A DNA stretch of 64,000 bases from Candidatus Nanohaloarchaea archaeon (GCA_014297435.1 JACOQA010000002.1:128001-192000), one strand, 5' to 3'; positions 1-10,308 are shown, counted from the stretch's first letter. Numbers and translations are program-made. The notes: a model not told the origin generated them from the letters alone.

Positions 1-319
1 CAAACTAGAGGGATCTGGCACTAGTCCTTCTGTTGTGTGAGAGTTAGAGCTTTGAACTTCTCAATTTGACCGATAATAGAGCAACCCAAAAACCATTATA
101 GTCGAGTGTATAGATCGGAGAGGTTCTGTAAGCCAGAAATCCATCTTGAAGCCCGAGAAAAGTATTAACAACATCACAAGGTTACTGCGGCGTTACCATC
201 GGTTTATTCGGTCTCGATGACGAATAAACGCACCTAGGCATGCTCAAATACGCGGAAGAATTGACTCAGAAGCCGATTTGTTTAAATAGGTACGGGTTGA
301 ACCTTAGATGTGAGTATCC

Positions 320-517
320 ATGGAGTTCTCAATCGCAAAGATGAAAGAAATGATCAAGGAACAAGGGGACAAAAGGGTTTCAAGAGACAGCGCTGAAGAA
401 ATGAGAGAGATTCTCGAAATGTTCGCAGGCGACGTATCAGAAGAGGCAATAGCAATCGCTGACGAAGACAGCAGAAAGACAGTCAGAGCCGAAGACGTAC
501 GAAAAGCCCTCAAATAA
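320..517 (+). CDS. Archaeal histone (HMf-like)
   Basis: 65 aa histone fold: RVSxDS...A...A...RKTVRAEDV; TTTAAATA box at 281-288; T-tract after the stop. Confidence 0.9.
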   Translation: MEFSIAKMKEMIKEQGDKRVSRDSAEEMREILEMFAGDVSEEAIAIADEDSRKTVRAEDVRKALK

Positions 518-587
518 CGACCCTTATCTATTTTTTTATTCTCACCAAACACCATGGATTTAAGCTTTGTATCCACCTAAATTCTAT

Positions 588-1583
588 ATGAACGCGAAAG
601 ACGTCGTCGAAAAAATTGTCGAAGAAACCGACCTAAGCAAGGAAGACGTAAAGGAAGAAGTAGAAGCCAAAACAGACGAGTTCGAAGGCCTAGTATCAGA
701 AGAAGGCGCAGTACACCTAGTCGCAAAGGACAACGGAGTACAGATCGCGGAAGCCGGCGGACAAGCACTAGACATAGAAAACATCGTCCCCGACATGAGA
801 AAGGTAAACCTCAAAGCCCGAGTAACCAACATAATGGACGCAAACACCTTCGAAAGGGATGACGGCGACGAAGGAAAAGTACAGAACATGGTCTTGGGAG
901 ACGAAACCGGCACAATAAGAGTAACACTCTGGGACGAACAGACCGAAATAGCTGAAAAGGTTTCTGAAGGCGACGCAATCGGAGTCGAAGGCGCATACAC
1001 CGTAGAAGACGACAGAGGAAACGCCGAACTAAGACTCGGAGACGAAGCACACGTCAAAAAAGTAGACGACGATGAGGTACCCGAAGTCGAGACAGGTGGA
1101 AGCTCCGATACCGAAAAAGTAGATATTAGAGAGATCCAGTCAGAAGGAGCAAGCTACGAGGTCAAAGGAATGATAATGGATGTCTACACCTCAAGCCCTT
1201 TCTACCGTGTAGACCCTGAAACAGGAGACACAGTAAGAGAAAACGACGACGGAGAACTTGTAACAGATGAAGGCAAAGAAGTAGAAGAACCCGACCACAG
1301 ACTCGCACTATCATGCGTAGTAGACGACGGAACCGGAAACACAAGAGTCGTACTGTTCGGCGACCAAGCAAGAAAACTACTGGAAATCGATGAAGAAACA
1401 GAAAGAGATGGAGACCTCAAAGCAGTAGAGAACGCAGCAACAGACGCTGTAGGCAAAGAAGTCAGAATTTCGGGTAGAACACGTTACAACGACTACTTCG
1501 GAACACTTGAACTTATAGGAAACGAGTACGAAGAAATCGAACCAGAAGACGAGATAGAAGAACTTGTAGAAGTTCTAGCATAA
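588..1583 (+). CDS. rpa: Replication protein A (OB-fold ssDNA-binding protein)
   Basis: GLVSEEGAVHLVA N-terminus; OB folds GDETGTIRVTLW and DDGTGNTRVVLFG; directly upstream of radA; ATG 588 preferred over TTG 567. Confidence 0.88.
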   Translation: MNAKDVVEKIVEETDLSKEDVKEEVEAKTDEFEGLVSEEGAVHLVAKDNGVQIAEAGGQALDIENIVPDMRKVNLKARVTNIMDANTFERDDGDEGKVQNMVLGDETGTIRVTLWDEQTEIAEKVSEGDAIGVEGAYTVEDDRGNAELRLGDEAHVKKVDDDEVPEVETGGSSDTEKVDIREIQSEGASYEVKGMIMDVYTSSPFYRVDPETGDTVRENDDGELVTDEGKEVEEPDHRLALSCVVDDGTGNTRVVLFGDQARKLLEIDEETERDGDLKAVENAATDAVGKEVRISGRTRYNDYFGTLELIGNEYEEIEPEDEIEELVEVLA

Positions 1584-1599
1584 ACTTGGTGAACCATTA

Positions 1600-2547
1600 A
1601 TGTCTGAAGACGATATAGAACTTGAAGATCTAAACGGAGTTGGAGCAAAGACAGCGGAAAAGCTTAGAGAAGCAGGATACGACGATCTGATGTCGATCGC
1701 GACCATGAGCGCTGGAGACCTCGGCGAAGTCGCAGACCTAGGAGAGAAAAAGTCTCAGAAGATTATCACTGGCGCACGTCAGGAGCTCGATATCGGATTC
1801 GAGTCCGGTAAAGACCGTTACGATCAGAAAAAGGAGATGAAGAAAATCTCCGCCGGCGCAAGCAACCTAGACGACCTACTTGGAGGTGGCGTCGACACAC
1901 AGTCCATAACCGAATTCTACGGAGAGTACGGAAGCGGTAAGACACAGATCGGACACCAGCTATCCGTAAACGTTCAGAAACCTGAAGGAGAAGGCGGACT
2001 TGACAGAGACGTCATCTACATCGACACAGAGGACACTTTCGTCCCTCAGAGAATCGAGGACATGGCAGAAGACCAGGGAATGGACGTAGAGGAAACACTT
2101 GACCGGATCCACGTTGCCAGAGCATTTAACTCAGACCATCAGATGCTTCTAGCCGATGAGGCACAGGATATCTGCCAGAGCGAGGACATCGGACTAATTG
2201 TTGTCGACTCCTTAACAGCGCAGTTCCGTGCAGAGTACGTTGGAAGAGGAGAGCTCGCACAGCGACAGCAAAAACTCAACAGGCACATGGCCACACTACT
2301 GAGACTCGCAAACAGCCATAACGCAGCGGTAGTTGTCACGAACCAGGTTATGTCGAACCCAGACCAGATGTTTGGCGATCCTACGAAAGCTATTGGAGGA
2401 CACATCGTCGCACACAACTCCGCAACAAGACTTTACCTCAGAAAAGGCAAGAAAGGTAAAAGAGTTGCAAAACTGGTTGACTCACCTTACATGCCTGAAG
2501 GAGAAGCTGTTTACAACATCGAGGACGGCGGAATTAAGGACGCTTAA
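1600..2547 (+). CDS. radA: DNA repair and recombination protein RadA
   Basis: HhH N-terminus, Walker A GEYGSGKT, YIDTEDTF, GRGELAQRQQKL, IGGHIVAH. Confidence 0.97.
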   Translation: MSEDDIELEDLNGVGAKTAEKLREAGYDDLMSIATMSAGDLGEVADLGEKKSQKIITGARQELDIGFESGKDRYDQKKEMKKISAGASNLDDLLGGGVDTQSITEFYGEYGSGKTQIGHQLSVNVQKPEGEGGLDRDVIYIDTEDTFVPQRIEDMAEDQGMDVEETLDRIHVARAFNSDHQMLLADEAQDICQSEDIGLIVVDSLTAQFRAEYVGRGELAQRQQKLNRHMATLLRLANSHNAAVVVTNQVMSNPDQMFGDPTKAIGGHIVAHNSATRLYLRKGKKGKRVAKLVDSPYMPEGEAVYNIEDGGIKDA

Positions 2548-3146
2548 TCGGTTAAAGCGTAGAAAGCCGAGTTGTAAACCTCTCTTACTTTCTCCTCTAA
2601 TTTATGTTCTTCAACACGGAGCTCTGTCAGAAACTCTCCACCTATATTTGAAGAGATCTCATAACCCTCGCCATCTTCTCTAACTTCTATACGTCCGGAT
2701 TTATCGGCGTAGTCTAAGTCAAGCCATGAACGGGAATCCCGTCTGTTGATACTTGACCTTTCAACATGCTCGTAACCTACTAAATCCCTGAAAAATTCGT
2801 AAACCTCATCAAGACCTTTTTGGTCGTCGAGAATATTCTCCTCTTCAACAGTCTCTTCGTTGATAAAGCCTTCCGGACCTTTCTCTTCAAATTCAGTATT
2901 GAATTCCTCGAACTCTTCATAAAGCCGTTGAGTTTCTTCAAAACCTCCTGTCGTCAAGAAAGACTCTATTCTGTGAACATCTATTTTTCTGAGATCTTCT
3001 ATCTCGTTGCTTATCTCTCTAGGCGACTTTTCTTCAATAAAGTACTTTTCAAACACGTTAACAACAGGTATAGGCTCCGAACTTAGATCTTCTGCCGCGT
3101 AGTAAGGCTCTCCTCGTATCCGCTCTATAAACTGAAATTCGCCCAC
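2544..3146 (-). CDS. Hypothetical acidic protein
   Basis: 200 aa Glu-rich ORF converging on radA; no recognisable motif. Confidence 0.6.
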   Translation of the reverse strand: MGEFQFIERIRGEPYYAAEDLSSEPIPVVNVFEKYFIEEKSPREISNEIEDLRKIDVHRIESFLTTGGFEETQRLYEEFEEFNTEFEEKGPEGFINEETVEEENILDDQKGLDEVYEFFRDLVGYEHVERSSINRRDSRSWLDLDYADKSGRIEVREDGEGYEISSNIGGEFLTELRVEEHKLEEKVREVYNSAFYALTD

Positions 3147-3210
3147 ACAGAAGATCTAATGACTAAAATTATTTAAGAAAATCGGCCGTGAGGCCTAGCA
3201 GCTGTTAGAC

Positions 3211-3471
3211 TTAGATGATATCGTCTTCGGAAACGATAACGAAATCTCCGATTGATCTTACTGCAGAGAAGGGAACAATATTTCTTCCTTTCCTGTCTTC
3301 TTGGAGCTTGACCTCATCAATATGCTCCGTAGTATTTGTTATGAGCAGGTTCATCAGTTCTCCGGTATCAGCGACGAACGAGATGTCTTCTACCTCTCCA
3401 AATCTTTTTCCTTGCTCTTCCGAGACAATTGTCTTTCCTACAAGCTGCTTTCCACGTGGCTTATCCGACAT
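3211..3471 (-). CDS. PRC-barrel domain protein
   Basis: LVGKTIVSEEQGKRFGEVEDI...DTGELMNL...VPFSAVRSIGDFVIV; start at MSDKP. Confidence 0.85.
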   Translation of the reverse strand: MSDKPRGKQLVGKTIVSEEQGKRFGEVEDISFVADTGELMNLLITNTTEHIDEVKLQEDRKGRNIVPFSAVRSIGDFVIVSEDDII

Positions 3472-3523
3472 ATTTTTTGCACCGTATAATAAGTTTATCA
3501 GCACCGGAAAGTTAAAAGTTTAC

Positions 3524-4060
3524 ATGGCTCGGGTGTTCACGGCTTTCGACATCGAGGACGAAAAAATCCTCGAAGAGCTTAGGGATATCCGAGATCGTTT
3601 TGACCTAGGTTTCAAACCCGTACCCTGTGAAAAGATGCATCTTACGTTCGAGTTCTTCAAGGATGTAGACGAAGATGGGATAGAGAAGCTCAAGAGATGT
3701 CTAGACGATGTTGAAGTCGGAAGCTTTCATTCAAGACTGAAAGGCGTGGGGGCTTTCCCCTCTCAGGAGCACACCCGGGTGGTCTGGGCTGGCGTTGAGA
3801 ACGGAAAGTTCCATAATTTATACCGCCGAGTGTCCTCTCACGGAGTTGAGTCTGACAACGGTTACGACTTCGTTCCGCACGTAACCCTTCTTAGGGTTGA
3901 AGATGTTAGTGGCGAGAGAAAGAGAAAGTTACGTAGAATGTTAAGAGAGTTCGAAGACCATGACTTTGGGGGTATAAAGGTCGATAAACTCAAGCTTTTC
4001 CGTTCGGATCTAAAACCTGAAGGATCCGAATACTCTGAATTATACGTGAAGAATCTTTGA
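3524..4060 (+). CDS. thpR: RNA 2',3'-cyclic phosphodiesterase (2H family)
   Basis: Two HxT motifs (MHLTFEF, PHVTLLR), RVFTAFD start, GVGAFP..RVVWAG; true start ATG 3524. Confidence 0.92.
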   Translation: MARVFTAFDIEDEKILEELRDIRDRFDLGFKPVPCEKMHLTFEFFKDVDEDGIEKLKRCLDDVEVGSFHSRLKGVGAFPSQEHTRVVWAGVENGKFHNLYRRVSSHGVESDNGYDFVPHVTLLRVEDVSGERKRKLRRMLREFEDHDFGGIKVDKLKLFRSDLKPEGSEYSELYVKNL

Positions 4061-4398
4061 AGTTTAAGCTATACGCTCTATCCGTCCTCTTATCGGTTAT
4101 AGGTCTAGGCATTATGTACGCTTCCTCTATCTATGTTGAACCGCCTGAGGTTAAAGTTGGATCTATCGATGCATCATGGAACGGAAAGCCGGTTAAGATC
4201 AAGGGTACAGTCCGAGGTCATACTAACGTTTCAAACAATATCTTCATCGATCTCAAAGATCCGACAGGTGAGATAACGGTTCTGAGCTTTGATTCGAAAA
4301 CTCGACTATCGAAAGGCGATCGTATTCAGGTTCAAGGTAACGTTGAACTTTATCGTGGAAAGGTCGAGGTTATCGCCAACAACATCACCAGAATATAG
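4057..4398 (+). CDS. Membrane-anchored OB-fold protein
   Basis: N-terminal TM helix; LKDPTGEITV...GNVELYRGKVEVIA. Confidence 0.75.
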   Translation: MKFKLYALSVLLSVIGLGIMYASSIYVEPPEVKVGSIDASWNGKPVKIKGTVRGHTNVSNNIFIDLKDPTGEITVLSFDSKTRLSKGDRIQVQGNVELYRGKVEVIANNITRI

Positions 4399-4419
4399 AA
4401 AATCATAACCTCGCCATTT

Positions 4420-4705
4420 ACGATCAATTTACTATCTTTCAGAACGATACGAACTATGATATAGTGTAATAATTATAGTAGAGTAACTATCTCGATTTTA
4501 TCGTGTGCTTCATCGCCGACTATACTAAAACCATACTATTATACTAAAGCCCCTATTTGACGATCATCGTCAACTATGCAGGAACTATACTATTATGATC
4601 CACTAACTATCTGACGTTAAAGTAACGATCAACGTGAACTATACCAGATCATAATCATTATTATCTACTATCTATCTACGATGATCACGAACTATTCTAA
4701 GCTAT
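4420..4705. repeat. Non-coding array of ACTAT/ACGAT motifs between convergent genes
   Basis: ACTAT at 4431, 4453, 4486, 4519, 4535, 4573, 4584, 4589, 4606, 4638, 4667, 4691; ACGAT at 4420, 4444, 4560, 4625, 4678; no ORF of 60 aa or more. Confidence 0.75.
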
Positions 4706-4745
4706 AATCATTATACTGAAGAACAAGAAATTTGGAGGAGAAGAA

Positions 4746-6242
4746 CTAGTTTTCTAGCTCAAGATTATAGATCTCTCCATACTTTCCACGAATATAATTC
4801 AGGAAGGGCTCAGAATTAATTGGCTCATTAGTAACTTTCTCTATAAGCTCCTCGGTTTTAAGCAATCTGCCCTTGGAATGGATGTGAGTTTTAAGCCAAT
4901 CCCTCAAGTCTTCAAACTCTCCGGATTCAATCTTTTTCTCCAAGCCCTCGACCTCTTCTTCTGCTTCACGGTATATCTGGGTGGCTAAAACACTTCCTAG
5001 GCTGTAGGTCGGGAAATAACCAAAGTTGCCCCATGCCCAGTGAATGTCCTGCATAACGCCCTCAGAATCTGTCTCAGGCTCCAAACCAAGGTATTTCTCC
5101 ATACGCTTGTTCCATTCTTCTGGAAGATCCTCCACCTCTATCTCTCCATTCATTAAGGCTCTTCCAATCTCGAACCTCAACACTATGTGAAGATGGTATG
5201 TAAGTTCATCCGCTTTCACACGGATCATATTATCCTCGTATACCTGATTGATCGACTCATAACAGTCCTGAATCGAGATCTCCTCGAACTTTTCCGGAAA
5301 CCTTTCCTCAAGCTTCGGAAGCATAAATTTCCAGAACTCCTTCGACCTACCAACCTGATTTTCCCAAAGTCTCGACTGAGACTCGTGTACAGAAAGCTCT
5401 CTAGCCCCTCCTCTAGGAGTGGCGTAATCTCCCTCCGGAAGACCTAACTGGTACAGTGCATGACCCAACTCGTGTATTGTAGGCATAAGCGAACCCGAAA
5501 GATCTCCTTGCTCAATACGAGTAGTTATACGTGTATCAAAGGTGTTTCCCGAAGTGAAAGGATGTTCGGAGCAGTCAAGTCGACCGTTTTTCTTGTCAAA
5601 ACCAAGAAGCTCCGCCAACTCATGATTGAGCTCCATCTCTTCTTCGTCCTCGAAGTCTCCCTTGAATGCATTTTGCTCTATATCTTCAGCTTCAGATATT
5701 TTCTCAACAATAGGTACAAGACCTTTCTTCAAGTTCTTTAGAACTTTCTCCATTGTTTCGTAGCCTATATACGGCTCATAATCCTTGAACAATACCTTGT
5801 AGGGCTCTTCATCTGGATTAATCTGGTTAGCATAGCGACGCTTTAATTCAACTAGTTCTCTAAGTTCTTCAGCAAAAAGCTCATAATTATCCTCTTTCTT
5901 TGCTTTCTTCCAGGCATTTACAGCCTCTGACTCTTTCTGAGACATCTTCTCCATCAAATCTGCAGAAACACTCTTCATTCTTTCACGTTCACGTTCAATC
6001 TCACGAACATTAGCCTTCTGGCTTTTATCTAGATCGCGCCTATCTATTGATTCCAAAAGCTCTCCAAGTCGTTCCGAAACAAGTTTCTCATGCCTTAGTT
6101 TCGTCAAAACACTCTTCTGCTTTGATCGAGCTTCTAAACCTTTTTCAGGCATCATTACTTCTTCATCCCAGCCCAGAACGCCTACGGCTTCCTCAAGATT
6201 TCCTAGAACCTTTACCTCTTTTTCGAACTCTTCGTAGCTCAT
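4746..6242 (-). CDS. Carboxypeptidase M32 (Taq-like)
   Basis: HPF, DTRITTR, HELGHALY, HESQSRLWEN, IRVKADE, GVMQDIHW, GYFPTYSLG. Confidence 0.96.
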   Translation of the reverse strand: MSYEEFEKEVKVLGNLEEAVGVLGWDEEVMMPEKGLEARSKQKSVLTKLRHEKLVSERLGELLESIDRRDLDKSQKANVREIERERERMKSVSADLMEKMSQKESEAVNAWKKAKKEDNYELFAEELRELVELKRRYANQINPDEEPYKVLFKDYEPYIGYETMEKVLKNLKKGLVPIVEKISEAEDIEQNAFKGDFEDEEEMELNHELAELLGFDKKNGRLDCSEHPFTSGNTFDTRITTRIEQGDLSGSLMPTIHELGHALYQLGLPEGDYATPRGGARELSVHESQSRLWENQVGRSKEFWKFMLPKLEERFPEKFEEISIQDCYESINQVYEDNMIRVKADELTYHLHIVLRFEIGRALMNGEIEVEDLPEEWNKRMEKYLGLEPETDSEGVMQDIHWAWGNFGYFPTYSLGSVLATQIYREAEEEVEGLEKKIESGEFEDLRDWLKTHIHSKGRLLKTEELIEKVTNEPINSEPFLNYIRGKYGEIYNLELEN

Positions 6243-6303
6243 AACGCACTTTTTGCTCGGACAAGATAAAAAACATTCACGCTCTAAAACTTCTATAGAA
6301 CAG

Positions 6304-7425
6304 ATGAAGACCTCAGAAGACCCCCGGCTAAAGAAATACGCAGAAACACTAGTTGAAAGATCAGCAGAGGTTGAGAAAGGAGACGACGTCTACATTCTCG
6401 TCAAATCACTTGAGGCCTTACCGCTTTTCGAAGAGGTCAGACGCCAGGTGATAGATAAAGGCGGTTTCCCGCACGAGAAAATTCTTTACGATACGCAGTC
6501 CGGCGAAAACAACGATTACTACTGGATGAAGAACGCCTCGGAGGAACAGCTGGAGAGAACTTCGGAAGCAGAACTTGAGTTCATGGAAAAAATGGACTCC
6601 TTTATCAAGATCAAAGGACTGGAGAACAATCGTTCTTTGAGCGATATCGACCCCCAGAGAATATCTACCTGGGGAGAAACTACCGACAAGATAAAAGAAG
6701 CAAGAATAGATACCAAGTGGGCTCTATGTGCCTTCCCAACAAACGCCTTGGCTCAACAGTCGGAAATGGCAACAGAAGAATTTGAAGAATTCATCTTCAA
6801 AGCAGTAAACAACACCGACTGGAAAGAACTAGAGAGGAAGAACGAAGAGATAAAACAGATGTTTGATAAAGCCCAGAAAGTACGCATAAAGGATGAAAAC
6901 ACAGATCTAAGCTTCAGTATCGAAGATCGTGAAGGAGTTAGCTCTATAGGTCGGAGAAATATTCCGGACGGCGAAGTATTCTACGCTCCAAGAAAAGACA
7001 GCTTTGATGGGAAAATAAGTTTCGAACACCCTGTAAACGCTAGAGGGAAAGAAGTTTCAGGCATCGAGCTGACGTTCGAGGACGGCGAACTCGTAGAATA
7101 CACAGCGGATACGAACCAAGAATTCCTAGAAAAAATGATTGAAACTGACGAAGGATCAAAATACGTGGGCGAGTTCGGTATCGGCACCAACAGAAATATT
7201 GACCGCTACATCAAGTACACCTTGTTTGATGAAAAGATCGGCGGAACTGTTCACTTCGCGCTCGGTCGAGCTTACAAGATGAATTTCTCCGAGGAAAACA
7301 TGGCTGAACGTAACGAGTCCAGCATCCATTGGGACATTGTCAAAGACCTTAGAAAAAGAGTTGGCGGCGGCAAGATAATACTTGACGGAGAAGTTGTCCA
7401 GAAAAATGGAGAATGGGTTTACTGA
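6304..7425 (+). CDS. Aminopeptidase, M29 family (AmpS/AmpT-like)
   Basis: NIPDGEVF, GEFGIGTN, LFDEKIGGTVHFALG, SIHWD; ATG 6304 preferred. Confidence 0.93.
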   Translation: MKTSEDPRLKKYAETLVERSAEVEKGDDVYILVKSLEALPLFEEVRRQVIDKGGFPHEKILYDTQSGENNDYYWMKNASEEQLERTSEAELEFMEKMDSFIKIKGLENNRSLSDIDPQRISTWGETTDKIKEARIDTKWALCAFPTNALAQQSEMATEEFEEFIFKAVNNTDWKELERKNEEIKQMFDKAQKVRIKDENTDLSFSIEDREGVSSIGRRNIPDGEVFYAPRKDSFDGKISFEHPVNARGKEVSGIELTFEDGELVEYTADTNQEFLEKMIETDEGSKYVGEFGIGTNRNIDRYIKYTLFDEKIGGTVHFALGRAYKMNFSEENMAERNESSIHWDIVKDLRKRVGGGKIILDGEVVQKNGEWVY

Positions 7426-9203
7426 ACCAGTTCCTCCATCTGATCCAACCTTTTCTCATACCTGTCCATAGCCTTCTCAAAAGGCTCTTTCGTTGTTAGA
7501 TCCACTCCTGAACCTTTAAGCAGCTCTACCGGATAATCTGAAGACCCTGATCCAAGCATCTCTAGATAGTCTTCGACAGCGCCTTCTTCACCGTTCATAA
7601 TTCTTGAGACTATGTCCAGTGCGGAGCTGATGCCTGTTGAGTACTGAAAGACGTAGAAATTGTAGTAGAAGTGCGGTATCCTCATCCATTCCCTCTTAAT
7701 TCTTTCGTCTATCCCGACATTTGAGTAGTACTTGGATTTAAGCTCTCCGTATACTTCGTTAAGCTCCTCAGCGGTAAGTGCTTCGCCGTTTTCGACTTTC
7801 TCATGTATCTCTTGCTCAAACTCAGCGAACATAGTCTGCCTGAAGAACGTGCTTCGAAAGTTCTCCAAGAAATGGCTTAAGACATGTTTACGGAACTCTT
7901 CATCCTCAACATTATTCAAAAGATGTCTCGCCAGCAAGGCTTCATTAACCGTTGATGCGACCTCCGCAACAAAGATTTCGTAGCCGCTGTAAATGTATGG
8001 CTGGCTTTCCTTCGCAAGTTTTGAGTGCATCGAGTGTCCAAGCTCGTGTGCAAGCGTAAACATCGAAGAAACATCGTTCTGATAGTTCAAAAGAATGAAA
8101 GGTTTCGTATCGTATGCGCCTCCCGAATAAGCTCCAGAACGTTTGCCTTTGTTCTCGTAGACATCGATCCAGCCCGATTCTAGACCTTCGCGTAGTTTCT
8201 CTTGATATTCTTCACCTAGAGGTTTCACCGCCTCAATTACGTGCTCTTTTGCGTCCTCGTATTCAATTTCAGGGGATTCAGATTCTGCAAGAGGCATGTA
8301 GATGTCATGCATCTTCATCTCGTCTACCTCCAAAACCTTCTTCTTAAGTTCCGCATGTCTTTGAACAAGATCTGCGTTCTGGCTCGCAACATCCACAAGA
8401 TTATCATAAACCTCTATAGGAATGTTAGAGTCGTTCAAGGATCTTTCTCTGGCAGAATCATAGTTCCTGTTCTCCGCCAGTTTGACATCCTTCTTTACCT
8501 GTGTCTCCATAGTGGTTGAAATAGTGTTCCTAAACTCGTGAAGCCTGTCGTAAACTCTTTTGTAAACTTTTCTTCTTTTCTCTCTGTCTTTATCCTGTAA
8601 GAGCGTGGTAAAGTTCGATTTAGTGATTTCTATGCTTTCGTCTCCGTGCTCGATTTGTCCAAACTCGATATCCGCATTTGTCAGAATCGAATAGGTGTTT
8701 GAAGATCCGGAAAGAACGTCCCCAAGACTTGAAAGAACGTTTTCAACTTCCTTCGAACGTGTATGCTTTTCTCTCCTGAGAATGTCATCAAAGTACTGTT
8801 CGTACTTTGCAAGCTGTTTTTCCTCCCCCATGAAGTTCTCGATTTTTTCTCTGCCTGCCTCCTGGATCTCGGGAACCACGAAGCTTGTTGCGCTGGAAAA
8901 TCTTGTTCCCAGGCTTGAAGCTCTTGATTTGAGCGCCTGGAAATCCTGAACACGAGTATCCTCGTCGTACTTCATTCTGGCGTAACGGGAAAGTTTTTCT
9001 AACCGCCTGTTTGCATCCTCTCTCAGCTCCAAAAATTCGATAAGACTCTCTGGAGAGTTACAGATTTCTCCCTCAAACTCATTCAGTTTGATTATGTCTT
9101 CTTTTACTTTCTCGAAGTCTTTCTCCCATTCTTCAGTGTTATTGTAGATGGATTCGACATCCCACTTGTATTTTCCATCAACCTCGTTTCTTTCCCGAAC
9201 CAT
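7419..9203 (-). CDS. pepF: Oligoendopeptidase F (M3B)
   Basis: GKRSGAYS, TLAHELGHSMH, FVAEVAST, WMRIPHFYYNFYVFQY. Confidence 0.96.
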   Translation of the reverse strand: MVRERNEVDGKYKWDVESIYNNTEEWEKDFEKVKEDIIKLNEFEGEICNSPESLIEFLELREDANRRLEKLSRYARMKYDEDTRVQDFQALKSRASSLGTRFSSATSFVVPEIQEAGREKIENFMGEEKQLAKYEQYFDDILRREKHTRSKEVENVLSSLGDVLSGSSNTYSILTNADIEFGQIEHGDESIEITKSNFTTLLQDKDREKRRKVYKRVYDRLHEFRNTISTTMETQVKKDVKLAENRNYDSARERSLNDSNIPIEVYDNLVDVASQNADLVQRHAELKKKVLEVDEMKMHDIYMPLAESESPEIEYEDAKEHVIEAVKPLGEEYQEKLREGLESGWIDVYENKGKRSGAYSGGAYDTKPFILLNYQNDVSSMFTLAHELGHSMHSKLAKESQPYIYSGYEIFVAEVASTVNEALLARHLLNNVEDEEFRKHVLSHFLENFRSTFFRQTMFAEFEQEIHEKVENGEALTAEELNEVYGELKSKYYSNVGIDERIKREWMRIPHFYYNFYVFQYSTGISSALDIVSRIMNGEEGAVEDYLEMLGSGSSDYPVELLKGSGVDLTTKEPFEKAMDRYEKRLDQMEELVQ

Positions 9204-9232
9204 GTTTGAAAGTTGTCTGACAAACTTAAAAC

Positions 9233-9616
9233 ATGCTCCGATACCTTGTATTGCTCTTCATGCTACCCTTCATAGATCTTTACGTTCTCGTGGAGCTAAC
9301 CGGTCATATAGGCATATTGAACACTTTGCTGGTTATCCTGGCAACCGGGATTATAGGAGCAGAGGTGGTCCGGAGGGAAGGGCTGAAGGTTGTTAGAAAA
9401 ATGAGCTCTTCGGTTACTGCCGAAGAAGTTTCACGCAACATGTTGGAAGGTGCCTTACTTGCAATAGGCGGACTAATGCTTATCACTCCTGGACTTATAA
9501 CCGATTTGCTTGGTCTGGTGCTTGTTTTCGGTCCAACCCGACAAAGAATAATGCTTAAAATTGTAGGAAGGTTCAAAAATAGTTCAAACGTGCGCTTTGA
9601 GGTAGAGACCTTCTAA
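9233..9616 (+). CDS. fxsA: FxsA family membrane protein
   Basis: P-F-I-D-L..., GGLMLITPGLITDLLG. Confidence 0.88.
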   Translation: MLRYLVLLFMLPFIDLYVLVELTGHIGILNTLLVILATGIIGAEVVRREGLKVVRKMSSSVTAEEVSRNMLEGALLAIGGLMLITPGLITDLLGLVLVFGPTRQRIMLKIVGRFKNSSNVRFEVETF

Positions 9617-10308
9617 CGTATCGAGAACATAAAGACAAGCGCGAAAACAGTCAAACCTAACTCGGAAGGCACTCCAAGACCGAAAAGAGATGCAGCTATC
9701 GTAAGTAATACAAAACCTCCTGCGCGCCTCACGTAGTCTATATTCACAAGACTTACGACCTCCGATAAAATGTAAAGCATGCCTGCAGCTACGAAAGAGG
9801 TCGCTAAGGCAGGAAAGACGTACTCAAAGCTGAAAGTTATGCTCGAGGGCGCTTTAACCGATAAAACAATTCCTGTGAGCAGTATGCCGGGAACCGAAAA
9901 CTTCTCTGCATAACGGACCTCAAGCATTTGAAAGCCTATAGCTGAAAGTGCAACCCCTGCAGCCAGCCTTATACTCTCAAGATTAACCAGCTGGGCGTAA
10001 ACCGGCGCCACCAAAGATACCAGAATTGAGCCCAGCACAACCGGCGGCAAAGCTTTCAAAACCATCCTCCTTGCCTCTGACGGTGTTTCCGATTCAGAAC
10101 AAAGTACAGCTAACGCTCCAGCTCCCGCAAACACTGTGAGAGCTACCGAAATCATGCTTGAAAACGTGTCAACCCCTCCTGACACCAGTAAAGTGGCGAA
10201 AACTCCATCCACGAGAGGAAGACACATGATAAACACTAGTCTGCGAGTTCCTTTATCGTATCGATCGAGAAGCCATGAAGCGCCGTAGCTAAGTCTTTCC
10301 GGAACCAT
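9613..10308 (-). CDS. Multi-pass membrane protein, haloarchaeal DUF5794-like
   Basis: LPLVDGVFATLLVSG motif; about 7 TM helices; GAGGTG SD at 10325-10320. Confidence 0.7.
   Translation of the reverse strand: MVPERLSYGASWLLDRYDKGTRRLVFIMCLPLVDGVFATLLVSGGVDTFSSMISVALTVFAGAGALAVLCSESETPSEARRMVLKALPPVVLGSILVSLVAPVYAQLVNLESIRLAAGVALSAIGFQMLEVRYAEKFSVPGILLTGIVLSVKAPSSITFSFEYVFPALATSFVAAGMLYILSEVVSLVNIDYVRRAGGFVLLTIAASLFGLGVPSELGLTVFALVFMFSIR

Noticed and set aside
1-300. RNase P RNA (AACAGAAGG and GGCTTAC words on the minus strand)
   Set aside because: The words are in the wrong arrangement and no GAGGAAAGUCC-type CR-I partner is present
3215-3523. N-terminal extension of ThpR in the ORF track
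   Set aside because: It is the antisense of the PRC-barrel gene; the real start is ATG 3524
4399-4745. CRISPR array
   Set aside because: No identical 25-40 bp repeats with regular spacers, and no cas genes in the window
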